20,000 nt of DNA from an uncultured virus (IMG/VR IMGVR_UViG_3300044266_000359) (Duplodnaviria > Heunggongvirae > Uroviricota > Caudoviricetes): the IMG/VR virus record IMGVR_UViG_3300044266_000359; one strand, given 5' to 3'. The translations under genes and the position numbers were made by a program. The notes beneath the pieces were generated by a model. That model saw only the letters and a list, made by a program, of their open reading frames with translations. It did not search any database and was not told where the DNA came from. Positions 1 to 8,655 of this stretch are shown here, piece after piece. The stretch's first letter is position 1. Every line of letters starts with the position of its first letter.

Positions 1-309
1 AAATGGAAGCCTACTATTTCAGTAGATTTGACCATTGTGGGTTTTGAAGAAGGTACCGGTCGTAACGAAAACCGACTTGGTGCTATAATTTGTGAAGGAG
101 TTGACAATGATCGTAACATACGAGTTAATGTTGGTAGCGGTTTTAGTGATAGCGATCGTGATGAGTATTGGTCCGGAAGGGATAGCCTGCTTGGGCACTT
201 GGTTGAAGTCCAAGCTGACGCAGTTACGCAAAACCAAGACGGATCATACAGTTTGAGGTTCCCCCGATTCCTACGTTTCCGTGATTTTGAAGCAGGCGAA
301 AAGTTGTGA
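1..309 (+). CDS. lig: ATP-dependent DNA ligase, C-terminal OB-fold part (5'-truncated by the window)
   Basis: Frame is open from base 1: KWKP (motif V-like), then GFEEGTGR...LGAIIC...VGSGFSD...SLRFPRFLRFRD (motif VI), typical of phage ATP-dependent ligases. Confidence 0.92.
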   Translation, partial: KWKPTISVDLTIVGFEEGTGRNENRLGAIICEGVDNDRNIRVNVGSGFSDSDRDEYWSGRDSLLGHLVEVQADAVTQNQDGSYSLRFPRFLRFRDFEAGEKL

Positions 310-533
310 GACGCTGGGACGAGGATTCAGATCTGTGGCTGTTTACCATGTCAGAGTTTCAACAGCTTCCTGATGGTATTGTGCTAGAAAGCATCGATGG
401 CAAAAAAGCAGTAAAAGGTCTGGATCGCATCGGCCACGATCAACGTGCTAGGTATATTGCTTGGGGAATACGAGATCCTTTCAATCATGAACTAGGGCCA
501 TTGTTTACAAAGTTTGTGTTAGAAACAAAATGA
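306..533 (+). CDS. hypothetical phage protein (75 aa)
   Basis: GTGA overlap with the ligase stop and ATGA overlap with the next ORF, consistent with translational coupling. Confidence 0.7.
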   Translation: MRRWDEDSDLWLFTMSEFQQLPDGIVLESIDGKKAVKGLDRIGHDQRARYIAWGIRDPFNHELGPLFTKFVLETK

Positions 534-994
534 AGAAAGTCTACTATGAAAAGATCGGGCGCAAATATGTGCCTGTTAGCGAGTACGATGGCGATTATCA
601 TCTGAGTTTTCCTAAAGGTAATCACCTTGTTATGTGTTATCCTGGTGGCTCCTCACGTAGGTTCAACGTCGAACCTGCCCTGGCTCCAATGATTGCTGCC
701 GGCCGCTTTGCTGAAGACAAAATGTGTGAAGCTGTTTATGAGGCAGCTTCCATGCATCGCCAAGAGCACCAAGGCACAGAGCTAACCCCCGAGCAACTTT
801 GCGCCTGGCGCAATTTTGAAAAAGTCATGGGCGAGCGTGGCAAGTATGTGCAATTCAAAAGCACACACGACATTGTAGGAGCTGGACTTCGGGTGTTGGA
901 AAAAGAAGCCGCTGAACTCATGACACACCCAGCAGTTCGTGACGCCTACGAACAGTTCCAAGCAGTTTGCAAATTGGTTAAACAAACCAGTTGA
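530..994 (+). CDS. hypothetical phage protein (154 aa)
   Basis: Long ORF coupled to the upstream gene by ATGA; no motif recognised. Confidence 0.8.
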   Translation: MKKVYYEKIGRKYVPVSEYDGDYHLSFPKGNHLVMCYPGGSSRRFNVEPALAPMIAAGRFAEDKMCEAVYEAASMHRQEHQGTELTPEQLCAWRNFEKVMGERGKYVQFKSTHDIVGAGLRVLEKEAAELMTHPAVRDAYEQFQAVCKLVKQTS

Positions 995-1018
995 CATCTA
1001 CGCAATCTGTTGTATAAT
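991..1018 (+). promoter_or_regulatory. sigma70-type promoter
   Basis: TTGACA (991-996), 16-bp spacer, TATAAT (1013-1018); both hexamers match consensus exactly. Confidence 0.8.
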
Positions 1019-1022
1019 CGCT

Positions 1023-1180
1023 AGGCATGGTCCAGGAGGTTGTGCTGCTCAATGGAGAAAGCGGAAACGATTGGTAACCTAGGTCCGCTAGAACCCGTGG
1101 CAAGTGAGCGTAAGTCACAGAGGTGAGACACTGTCTTGGAGAAATCCAAAACCCAGGCTGGTACCCTGGGGAGTATGCCT
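1023..1180 (+). ncRNA. putative structured non-coding RNA (~158 nt)
   Basis: Starts at the expected TSS. The ends pair (AGGCAU 1023-1028/AUGCCU 1175-1180; UCCAGG 1031-1036/CCUGGG 1165-1170). Internal hairpins: AGCGGA/UCCGCU (1060-1089), GUGA-G-C-GUAA-G-UCAC (1104-1118) and UUGGA-GAAA-UCCAA (1136-1149), the last two with GNRA tetraloops. Confidence 0.6.
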
Positions 1181-1210
1181 TAAAGAACTAAACAGTGAAA
1201 GGAATGAAAC

Positions 1211-1519
1211 ATGTCTGTTGAAATTGCGGTTTCTGCGTTGAGTATGCCGCAGTCCCTCGACTCTCTTAAATTGGAAACGCCCTTGACCATGCACCGTGTT
1301 GTTTTCGAAATCTCGTCAGTTGAAACATGGTACAAGATAATGGCCGAAGCAAGAGTGCAATTCGGCAAGAACTGGCGTGCTCAACCCAGAGTCAAGCGCA
1401 GACTCACCAGCTGGAGGAACACCACTCTAAAGGTTTGGTTTGAAGTGCCAGACTCGACTTTTGCAACCTGGTGTGCAGTTAAATTGGGTGTTCAAGCTGT
1501 GGGAGTAGTCAATAAATAA
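1211..1519 (+). CDS. hypothetical phage protein (102 aa)
   Basis: ATG preceded by an AAGGA Shine-Dalgarno; no family recognised. Confidence 0.75.
   Translation: MSVEIAVSALSMPQSLDSLKLETPLTMHRVVFEISSVETWYKIMAEARVQFGKNWRAQPRVKRRLTSWRNTTLKVWFEVPDSTFATWCAVKLGVQAVGVVNK
1511..1518 (+). promoter_or_regulatory. T4-late-like promoter box (AATAAATA)
   Basis: Ends 5 nt before the SD-less ATG at 1524. Confidence 0.5.
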
Positions 1520-1523
1520 ATCT

Positions 1524-2960
1524 ATGTTTCTCTCATGGTTAATGATGGGCGTGGCACTGAGTCTCAGTGTTATCGCCGCTTTTTATAGTATAGCAGGTTT
1601 GGCTGCTATTTTTGCCGCGGCGGTGGTTCCTATTGTGGTAATGGGAACAATATTAGAAGTCGCCAAGCTCACTGTCACAGTTTGGTTACACGAGTACTGG
1701 CCACGGTGCCGATTCCTTATGAAGGCATACCTGGTACCTGCGGTGGCATTGCTTGCTTTTATTACCAGTATGGGTATATTTGGATTTCTAAGCAAAGCAC
1801 ACAGTGACCAGGGCATGGTGTCAGGTGACGTGCAAGCCAAGATTGCCATTTACGATGAAAAAATTCAAACCGAACGGGAGAACATTGATGCAAATCGCAA
1901 GGCGCTTAAACAACTTGATGAGGCAGTGGACCAAGTTATGGCACGCTCAACAGATGAAAAAGGGGCCGATAAGGCCGTGGCAATACGGCGAGCCCAGCAA
2001 AAAGATCGCGCTCGTTTACTTGAAGAAATTAGCAAGAGCCAATTGCGGATTACCGCACTCAACGAAGAACGAGCTCCAATTGCGGCGGAAGTACGAAAAG
2101 TGGAGGCCGAAGTGGGCCCTATCAAGTATATCGCCGCCTTGGTGTATGGGGATAACACCGATGCAAACATTTTAGAACGGGCAGTGCGTTGGGTCATAAT
2201 TATTCTAGTAATTGTATTTGACCCATTGGCAATTATGATGCTGTTGGCTGCAACCGAAAGCTTCAAGTGGGAGAAAGAGCCGCCTGTGGCAGAAACTGTA
2301 GTTGATGATGACAAGATTCGAGAAACTGCCAAAGAGCAAGAGCCCGAAATACCAGCGGAGCCTGTGCCCGAAGTTGAAAAGTCTTGGCAAGAAAAGTATC
2401 CATATCTCACTAAACCTTTTGTGCATTTCAGTAATACCAAACCGGTAGTCTATTCGGGCAATCCTGCAGAGTTTCAACAACCTTGGCCGGAAGAGAAAAA
2501 ACAAGAGTTGGTCAAGGTAATGAAGGATATTTTCCCGTCGGACGATTGGTTAGACGGCGAAGAGCATGGTTCAGATGAAGAAAAGCAAGCCATAAGAGAA
2601 TGGAAAGCGGCTAATCCTGAACTCACAGTAAAAGCACAGCGAGAACTGCTGGCACGTGGTGAAATTACCGAACTACCTTGGGCAAGAAAACCCAATTCAA
2701 CTTTTGGATTTGTGTTTCCTTGGAGCCCAGAAAAAGGCGACACATTTATCAAAACAGATGTGGTGCCCAATGCAATGTACAAGTTTAACGGAACTCAATG
2801 GATGGCCGTTGACAAATCTGTGTTAGACAGTTATACTCATGATACTGCATACATTGATTATCTTATCTCCAAAATATCATCAGGTGAATATGATCCTGAG
2901 CTATTGTCTGAAGACTTGCGTGATCAAGTAGCTGAACGTATCAAACAAACTGACGCATGA
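1524..2960 (+). CDS. membrane protein with N-terminal TM helices, coiled coil, further TM helix and soluble C-terminal domain
   Basis: 478-aa ORF: hydrophobic N-terminal ~90 aa, heptad-rich segment, TM segment WVIIILVIVFDPLAIMMLLAA and an acidic/Pro linker. Confidence 0.85.
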   Translation: MFLSWLMMGVALSLSVIAAFYSIAGLAAIFAAAVVPIVVMGTILEVAKLTVTVWLHEYWPRCRFLMKAYLVPAVALLAFITSMGIFGFLSKAHSDQGMVSGDVQAKIAIYDEKIQTERENIDANRKALKQLDEAVDQVMARSTDEKGADKAVAIRRAQQKDRARLLEEISKSQLRITALNEERAPIAAEVRKVEAEVGPIKYIAALVYGDNTDANILERAVRWVIIILVIVFDPLAIMMLLAATESFKWEKEPPVAETVVDDDKIRETAKEQEPEIPAEPVPEVEKSWQEKYPYLTKPFVHFSNTKPVVYSGNPAEFQQPWPEEKKQELVKVMKDIFPSDDWLDGEEHGSDEEKQAIREWKAANPELTVKAQRELLARGEITELPWARKPNSTFGFVFPWSPEKGDTFIKTDVVPNAMYKFNGTQWMAVDKSVLDSYTHDTAYIDYLISKISSGEYDPELLSEDLRDQVAERIKQTDA

Positions 2961-4192
2961 AAACAACTGAAAATTTAGATAACTGTAGTTTTTGTGGAAA
3001 ACACAAAGATCAAGTAGTTAAGCTCATTGTGGGCGCCGAAGTTGCAATTTGCAACGAGTGTGTGGACTTGTGCCAGACTTTGCTAGAAGATGCACCTGTT
3101 GCCAAAGCTGACAAAACGCCCGGTGCGCTTGATCCTAGAGAAATCAAACGTCACCTTGACGAGTATGTGATTGGGCAAGACCAAGCAAAAATTGTTCTCA
3201 GTGTAGCAGTTACCAACCACTACAAACGAATCAACAACAAAGAAAAACAAACCGAAGTCGAAAAAGCCAACATCCTCATGCTTGGTCCCACAGGATCAGG
3301 AAAAACACTGCTGGCCAGAAGCGTGGCCAGATATTTGGATGTGCCGTTTGTTATTGCAGACGCCACCAGTTTGACTGAAGCAGGATATGTGGGTGATGAT
3401 GTTGAGAGTTTGATCAGTCGGCTGTACGCAGCTTCTGGATTCGACGTTGAAAAAACACAGCGTGGTATTGTGTTTGTGGACGAAATTGACAAAATCAGCA
3501 GAAAAAGCGAAAGCACAAGTATTACCCGAGACGTGTCGGGCGAAGGCGTGCAACAGGCCCTGCTCAAGTTGGTTGAAGGCACCAAGTGCAGAATTCAACC
3601 AACTGGTGGTCGTAAACATCCAGGCGGGGACATGATCGAAATAGATACCACTGACATTCTGTTCATAGCAGGTGGTGCTTTTGTGGGCCTGGATAACATT
3701 GTTAAAAACCGTATCAAAGGCACCAGCATTGGATTCCAAGCTGAAGTCAACCAAGATACTCCTGGCAAATTAGACATGGTCACGCCCGACGATTTGGTAC
3801 GCTTTGGGTTGATTCCTGAGTTTGTGGGCAGATTCCCCAGTTGGGTAGCATTGCAAGAGTTAACGTTGGAAGATCTCATTTCCATTCTAACTGAAGTTAA
3901 AAACTGCTATGTTGATCAGTATCAATGGTTATTTGACCAAGATCAAGTTGCACTGACATTCGAAACTGACGCACTCAAACGCATAGCTGAAAATACCATC
4001 AAAAACAAAACTGGCGCCCGTGGGCTGCACAGTGAACTGGAGCGTGTGTTATTGCCGCACATGTTTAACTTGCCACGCTATCGAGACAGCGAAATCAACA
4101 GCCTTACAATCACTCAAGACCTGGTAAATAATCCTGTAGAACTAAAGGGATTACATGAACAAGTTGCGAGGAAGGTCAGTACTGGTCACTGA
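2957..4192 (+). CDS. clpX: ATP-dependent Clp protease ATP-binding subunit ClpX
   Basis: C4 zinc domain CSFC...CNEC, Walker [13 protein letters not shown] pore loop, Walker [22 protein letters not shown] loop, IGF loop and GARGL sensor II. Confidence 0.97.
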   Translation: MKTTENLDNCSFCGKHKDQVVKLIVGAEVAICNECVDLCQTLLEDAPVAKADKTPGALDPREIKRHLDEYVIGQDQAKIVLSVAVTNHYKRINNKEKQTEVEKANILMLGPTGSGKTLLARSVARYLDVPFVIADATSLTEAGYVGDDVESLISRLYAASGFDVEKTQRGIVFVDEIDKISRKSESTSITRDVSGEGVQQALLKLVEGTKCRIQPTGGRKHPGGDMIEIDTTDILFIAGGAFVGLDNIVKNRIKGTSIGFQAEVNQDTPGKLDMVTPDDLVRFGLIPEFVGRFPSWVALQELTLEDLISILTEVKNCYVDQYQWLFDQDQVALTFETDALKRIAENTIKNKTGARGLHSELERVLLPHMFNLPRYRDSEINSLTITQDLVNNPVELKGLHEQVARKVSTGH

Positions 4193-4379
4193 CGACAACA
4201 TAGAAAAAGCTCTGCGTAAGTTCAAAAAGAAAATCCAAAACTCGGACATTCTTAACGAGCTACGCAAAAGAGAGCATTACGTTAAACCTACCACCAAGCG
4301 CAAACTCAAACGTAGCGCGGCTAAAAATCGCTGGCGTAAAAAGCTGGACGATCAAGCATTGCCCAAGAAGCTATACTAA
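4155..4379 (+). CDS. rpsU: 30S ribosomal protein bS21
   Basis: 74-aa basic protein: NIEKALRKFKKK...ILNELRKREHYVKPTTKRK is the bS21 signature. Confidence 0.92.
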   Translation: MNKLRGRSVLVTDDNIEKALRKFKKKIQNSDILNELRKREHYVKPTTKRKLKRSAAKNRWRKKLDDQALPKKLY

Positions 4380-4618
4380 TGTACGTGGAGTTCAAGCTAC
4401 CCGAATCTATTGCTGGTGCGTCATTATTGTTGCTTCGTCGTAGCATACTTGATTGGTCCGAAAAATACCAAATTCCTTACACTGAAAAAACCATAAAATA
4501 CACTTACCGCGTGTGTTTTGATAAAGACGAGTCTTATAGTTTTTTTGCAATGACCTATCCACAGACCCGGCACTTTCTCCAATATCGCATTGTGTCTGAC
4601 CTAAATAATAAAATATAA
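4379..4618 (+). CDS. hypothetical phage protein (79 aa)
   Basis: TAATG coupling to rpsU. Confidence 0.75.
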   Translation: MYVEFKLPESIAGASLLLLRRSILDWSEKYQIPYTEKTIKYTYRVCFDKDESYSFFAMTYPQTRHFLQYRIVSDLNNKI

Positions 4619-4645
4619 TTTGATTTCGTGTATAATAAATAACAA

Positions 4646-4695
4646 TGTAGCGCCGATGGTCGGGCTACAAAATTAATCTTGCTTTTCGAAGGAGA
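4646..4695 (+). promoter_or_regulatory. two-hairpin ROSE-like RNA thermometer leader of dnaK
   Basis: Hairpin 1 is UGUAGC-G-CCGA-UGG-UCGG-GCUACA (4646-4669). Hairpin 2 is UCUU-G-CUU-UUCG-AAG-GAGA (4677-4695), which hides the SD and carries the ROSE UUGCU motif with a bulged G. It is preceded by TAATAAATA (4633-4641). Confidence 0.75.
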
Positions 4696-4700
4696 ACACA

Positions 4701-6587
4701 ATGAGCAAAGTAATCGGTATCGATCTGGGTACCACAAATTCATGCGTAGCCGTGGTTGAAAACGGCAATTCCCGAGTAATTGAAAACAGCGAAGGTGCTA
4801 GAACAACTCCTAGTGTTGTTGCTTACACCAGCGACGATGTGCTGGTCGGTGCAAGCGCCAAGCGTCAAGCAATTACCAATCCCAAAAACACCATTTACGC
4901 AGCCAAGCGATTGATCGGACGCAAGTTCCGCGAAGATGCAGTGCAGAAGGACATCAACTTGATGCCGTATAGCATTGTGGAAAATGACAATGGTGATGCT
5001 TGGGTTCAAGCTGGCGATCGCCGACTGGCACCTCCACAAATCTCTGCAGAAGTTCTGCGTAAAATGAAAAAGACAGCAGAAGACTATCTTGGCACAGAAG
5101 TCACACAAGCTGTTATCACTGTCCCTGCTTACTTCAACGACAGCCAACGTCAAGCTACCAAAGATGCTGGACGTATCGCTGGACTAGAAGTATTGCGTAT
5201 TATCAACGAGCCAACTGCGGCTGCACTAGCATACGGCGTTGACAAAGCCGATAAAAAGGATCGCAAGATTGCTGTGTACGACTTGGGCGGCGGCACGTTT
5301 GACGTAAGCATCATTGAAATCGCCAACATTGACAATGAAAAGCAAATCGAAGTATTGAGCACCAACGGAGACACCTTCCTGGGCGGTGAAGACTTTGACC
5401 AGCGCATCATGGACTTCTTGGTCGACGAATTCAAGCGGGATACTGCTGTGGACTTGACCCGAGACGTACTGGCCTTGCAACGCTTGAAAGAAGCTGCTGA
5501 AAAAGCCAAGATTGAACTGTCAAGCAGCACTGCTACAGACGTCAACTTGCCTTATGTCACTGCTGATGCTAGTGGTCCCAAGCACATGAACATCAAGCTC
5601 ACTCGTGCCAAACTAGAGAGTTTGGTGGACGAGTTGATCCAACGCAGTATTGAACCTTGCCGCATTGCAATGAAAGATGCCGGTGTCACTGCTGATGAAA
5701 TTGATGAAGTTATTCTTGTTGGTGGCCAAACTCGCATGCCCCGAGTACAAGAAGCTGTGGAAAAACTGTTTGGCAAAGCACCGCGCCGGGATGTTAACCC
5801 TGACGAAGCAGTGGCTGCAGGCGCTGCTATTCAAGGAAGTGTGTTGGCCGGTGACCGCAAAGACGTGTTGCTGTTGGATGTTACACCGTTGAGCTTGGGC
5901 ATTGAAACCATGGGTGGTGTGTTTACTAAAATCATCCAAAAGAACACAACCATTCCTACCAAGGGCACACAAACATTCAGTACTGCTGAAGACAATCAGC
6001 CTGCTGTGACCATCAAGGTTGGACAAGGTGAGCGTGAGCTGTTCAAGTACAACAAAGAACTTGGTTTGTTTAATCTAGACGGTATTGCTCCTGCACCACG
6101 TGGCATGCCGCAAATTGAAGTTACCTTTGACATTGACGCCAATGGCATTATGCATATTTCGGCCAAAGACAAAGGCACCGGCAAAGAAAACAAAATCACT
6201 ATCAAGAGTGACTCAGGCTTGAAAGAGGATGAAATTCAACGCATGGTTCGTGAAGCTGAAGACAATGCCGAAGCTGACAAGAAACAAGTTGAATTGATTC
6301 AAGCTCGCAACACCGCAGAAGGTACGTTGCATGGGTTCCGCAAGGACTTTGATGCCTACAAGGATCAGGTCACAGAAGAAGAACGCAACCGAGCTGAACA
6401 AGCACTTCAAGATCTTGACACTGCTATTGGCGGTGATGACGTTGAGGAAATCAACGCAAAAACAACAGAATTGTACCAAGCTATCGGTCCTATCACCGGT
6501 AAAAAGTACGAAGCCGAGCAAAAGGCCAAAGCGGAATCCGAGAAAAAGGATGATGATGTGGTCGATGCCGAAGTCAAGGCTGCTTGA
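4701..6587 (+). CDS. dnaK: molecular chaperone DnaK (Hsp70)
   Basis: [47 protein letters not shown] and [13 protein letters not shown] motifs; C-terminal DDVVDAE. Confidence 0.99.
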   Translation: MSKVIGIDLGTTNSCVAVVENGNSRVIENSEGARTTPSVVAYTSDDVLVGASAKRQAITNPKNTIYAAKRLIGRKFREDAVQKDINLMPYSIVENDNGDAWVQAGDRRLAPPQISAEVLRKMKKTAEDYLGTEVTQAVITVPAYFNDSQRQATKDAGRIAGLEVLRIINEPTAAALAYGVDKADKKDRKIAVYDLGGGTFDVSIIEIANIDNEKQIEVLSTNGDTFLGGEDFDQRIMDFLVDEFKRDTAVDLTRDVLALQRLKEAAEKAKIELSSSTATDVNLPYVTADASGPKHMNIKLTRAKLESLVDELIQRSIEPCRIAMKDAGVTADEIDEVILVGGQTRMPRVQEAVEKLFGKAPRRDVNPDEAVAAGAAIQGSVLAGDRKDVLLLDVTPLSLGIETMGGVFTKIIQKNTTIPTKGTQTFSTAEDNQPAVTIKVGQGERELFKYNKELGLFNLDGIAPAPRGMPQIEVTFDIDANGIMHISAKDKGTGKENKITIKSDSGLKEDEIQRMVREAEDNAEADKKQVELIQARNTAEGTLHGFRKDFDAYKDQVTEEERNRAEQALQDLDTAIGGDDVEEINAKTTELYQAIGPITGKKYEAEQKAKAESEKKDDDVVDAEVKAA

Positions 6588-6602
6588 TTTCGATAAGTAA
6601 AA

Positions 6603-6657
6603 ATACAGGTGCCGATGGTCGGGCCCGTATAACAAAGTCAACTTGCTTTATAAGGAG
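6603..6657 (+). promoter_or_regulatory. two-hairpin ROSE-like RNA thermometer leader of hsp20
   Basis: Hairpin 1 is AUAC-A-GGU-G-CCGA-UGG-UCGG-GCC-C-GUAU (6603-6630). Hairpin 2 is CUU-G-CUU-UAU-AAG-GAG (6642-6657). It is preceded by ATAAGTA (6593-6599). Confidence 0.78.
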
Positions 6658-6664
6658 AAATGAC

Positions 6665-7108
6665 ATGACTAAGACTTTAACACTACGCACATTCGATATC
6701 CCACAAATGCACAAGTTTGGGATTGGATTCGACAACATGTTTGATGAACTCATGCGTGTTACATCACAACAACAAACCAATTATCCTCCACACAATGTGA
6801 TCAAAACAGGTGAAAACACCTTGATCATTGAAGTGGCTGTGGCTGGCTTTGCCGAAGGCGAAATTGACATTCAGGTGGAGAAAAACTTGTTGACAATTCG
6901 TGGCGAGCAGGCACGTGAAACAGATGCCAGTTGGGAATTTTTGCATCGCGGAATTTCCAGCCGTGATTTTAGCCAAGCTTTTACTTTGGCCGATCACGTG
7001 GAAGTAAAAAGCGCCAGCATTACCAACGGCATTTTGAGTGTGTTTTTGGAACGCAAGATTCCAGAAGAAGCCAAGCCAAAGAGTATTGCTATTACCTACA
7101 ATAAGTAA
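6665..7108 (+). CDS. ibpA: small heat-shock protein, Hsp20/IbpA family (147 aa)
   Basis: IGFDNMFD, NYPPHNV, IEVAVAGF, FLHRGIS, NGIL and the C-terminal IAI (IxI) motif. Start moved to ATG 6665, 7 nt after AAGGAG. Confidence 0.95.
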   Translation: MTKTLTLRTFDIPQMHKFGIGFDNMFDELMRVTSQQQTNYPPHNVIKTGENTLIIEVAVAGFAEGEIDIQVEKNLLTIRGEQARETDASWEFLHRGISSRDFSQAFTLADHVEVKSASITNGILSVFLERKIPEEAKPKSIAITYNK

Positions 7109-7122
7109 TATAATGTAAATAC

Positions 7123-7146
7123 AGCAGTGGGAATGGTCCCACTGCT
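7123..7146 (+). promoter_or_regulatory. perfect 10-bp hairpin in the clpS leader
   Basis: AGCAGTGGGA-ATGG-TCCCACTGCT with no U-tract, just after GTAAATA (7115-7121). Its apex GA-AUGG-UC resembles hairpin 1 of the dnaK/hsp20 leaders. Confidence 0.6.
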
Positions 7147-7163
7147 ACAACAAGGATAATAAA

Positions 7164-7478
7164 ATGGCACAGTCAGATACACGTACCAAAATCAAGCCTA
7201 ACGAAGCTGTCAAAGAGCCACCGATGTTCAAGGTAGTTTATATCAATGACAATCAGACCAGCATGGAATTTGTGATTTCCAGCTTGGTTGATTATTTTGA
7301 TTACCGCATTGAAACTGCTGAACAAATCACCATTGACATTCACGAAACCGGCTCTGCTGTGGTAGCTGTGTTGCCTTATGAAATTGCCGAGCAAAAAGGC
7401 ATCGAAGTTACTCTCAATGCACGAGCACAAAGCTATCCGCTACAAATCAAACTTGAACCCGATGGCGTGGGTCAATAA
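7164..7478 (+). CDS. clpS: ATP-dependent Clp protease adaptor ClpS
   Basis: PPMFKVVYINDNQTSMEFV...IHETGSAVV...YEIAEQK...YPLQIKLEP. Confidence 0.93.
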   Translation: MAQSDTRTKIKPNEAVKEPPMFKVVYINDNQTSMEFVISSLVDYFDYRIETAEQITIDIHETGSAVVAVLPYEIAEQKGIEVTLNARAQSYPLQIKLEPDGVGQ

Positions 7479-8266
7479 TCAATTGTAATGCGCTTGGGGT
7501 GATACACCCAAGTTGACCACGGCGAACCACTGCGACCACGACAGTTATTCACATAACGAATATTGTCGTGCGTCTGGTCTACGCTGCCATGGTAGTGACC
7601 AAAGCACCAGGTGTGTATTTTCTTTTCAGAATCTGCTGCCAATACATGTTGCATATAACGATTGCCCATGGTATTGAATTTCAACGATCCCACTAGATTG
7701 ACGTCGTGGTTGATCAGCACAGGGTTGGGCACAGTGTGAGTGGCAACCACAATCTTTTTAACGTCAATATGTGTTTGCAAGCGTTTGATTGAACCGATCA
7801 TGTAGCTGGCATCGTTTGTACTCATCTTACGTATGTTTTCTATTTCGTTTAGGCCATAGAATTCTTTTTCTGCGTACCATTGGGCAGATTGATCGGGGTC
7901 TGTAACACCATCAAAGTCAAACCCCCACCAGCCGTTGGTTCCAATAATGGCCACACCGTCTACCACTACCACATTGTCTTGTAGATAAACAACATTGTGT
8001 ACCGCAGTAACACGATCCACCAAGTCACGATAGCTGTGTCCTAGATCTTGCATGTGGTTGGAGTGTTCGTCGTTGCCGTCGATATAAAACACAGCTTGAT
8101 AGCATTTGCCCAAGTGTGTGAGTGCTTCGATCAGCCGGTCTCGGTCCTTGGCAACGTCTCCTACTACCAAACAGTGGGCGCTGGTGCTGCGGTCAGTCCA
8201 GTCAAACGTTTCTTGCCAAGTATCTATGTGTAAATCAGAAATTAAATCAAAAGTAAATTGCATCAT
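7472..8266 (-). CDS. calcineurin-like metallophosphoesterase
   Basis: Motifs SDLH, VGD, GNDE (canonical GNHE), THTVP and FGHYH in the expected order. Confidence 0.88.
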   Translation of the reverse strand: MMQFTFDLISDLHIDTWQETFDWTDRSTSAHCLVVGDVAKDRDRLIEALTHLGKCYQAVFYIDGNDEHSNHMQDLGHSYRDLVDRVTAVHNVVYLQDNVVVVDGVAIIGTNGWWGFDFDGVTDPDQSAQWYAEKEFYGLNEIENIRKMSTNDASYMIGSIKRLQTHIDVKKIVVATHTVPNPVLINHDVNLVGSLKFNTMGNRYMQHVLAADSEKKIHTWCFGHYHGSVDQTHDNIRYVNNCRGRSGSPWSTWVYHPKRITIDY

Positions 8267-8289
8267 ACATATTTAGAAGGATTTTTATC

Positions 8290-8655
8290 ATGCATATAAT
8301 TTTTGGCGATGCCATAAAACACATACCCAATAGTTATACAGTATTGGAGTTAGATACCATACGTATAGAACCTGACAACCAAGAATTCAAGACCTACTGT
8401 GTGATTGAAAAAATTCCTTTGGCTGAGTTTCCTGTTGCAGAAATAAATCAAAAAGTTCATGCAGATTTGATACAACACTACAAGCAGCAGGACTGGCAAT
8501 TTTGCGAAGATGCAATCTCTGTACTGTACGGAAAATGGGACGGAGAAATAGATAGTTTTTATGACGACTTGAGCCGACGAATCAACGAGTATAAAAACGT
8601 CAAGTTAGAACCCAGCTGGGATGGCACACTGGTGCGTTCTATAAATACTCAATGA
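8290..8655 (+). CDS. hypothetical protein resembling the C-terminal tail of class III adenylate cyclases
   Basis: AAGGA SD; ELDTI...KTY followed by a helical YKQQDW...FY...WDG segment. Resemblance judged by eye only. Confidence 0.6.
   Translation: MHIIFGDAIKHIPNSYTVLELDTIRIEPDNQEFKTYCVIEKIPLAEFPVAEINQKVHADLIQHYKQQDWQFCEDAISVLYGKWDGEIDSFYDDLSRRINEYKNVKLEPSWDGTLVRSINTQ
8640..8647 (+). promoter_or_regulatory. T4-late-like promoter TATAAATA
   Basis: Exact T4 late consensus, 4 nt before the SD-less desaturase ATG. Confidence 0.65.

Noticed and set aside
1024..1050. GGCAUGGUCCAG resembles the start of the HDV ribozyme
   Set aside because: The nested double-pseudoknot pairings could not be built; likely a chance match.
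1041..1052. Second PhaR-like box TGTGCTGCTCAA
   Set aside because: Two mismatches in core positions of the consensus and located inside the putative RNA; not supportable.
1146..1165. CAAAACCCAGGCU resembles the RNase P RNA 3' conserved region
   Set aside because: No GAGGAAAGUCC partner for P4, and the element is far too short.
4600..4700. CIRCE or sigma32 promoter upstream of dnaK
   Set aside because: Neither TTAGCACTC-N9-GAGTGCTAA nor CTTGAA...CCCCAT is present.
6584..6664. N-terminal extension of Hsp20 given in the ORF track
   Set aside because: It runs through the structured leader; the SD supports ATG 6665.
7123..7146. Intrinsic terminator after hsp20
   Set aside because: No U-tract after the stem on the + strand; kept as a leader hairpin instead.
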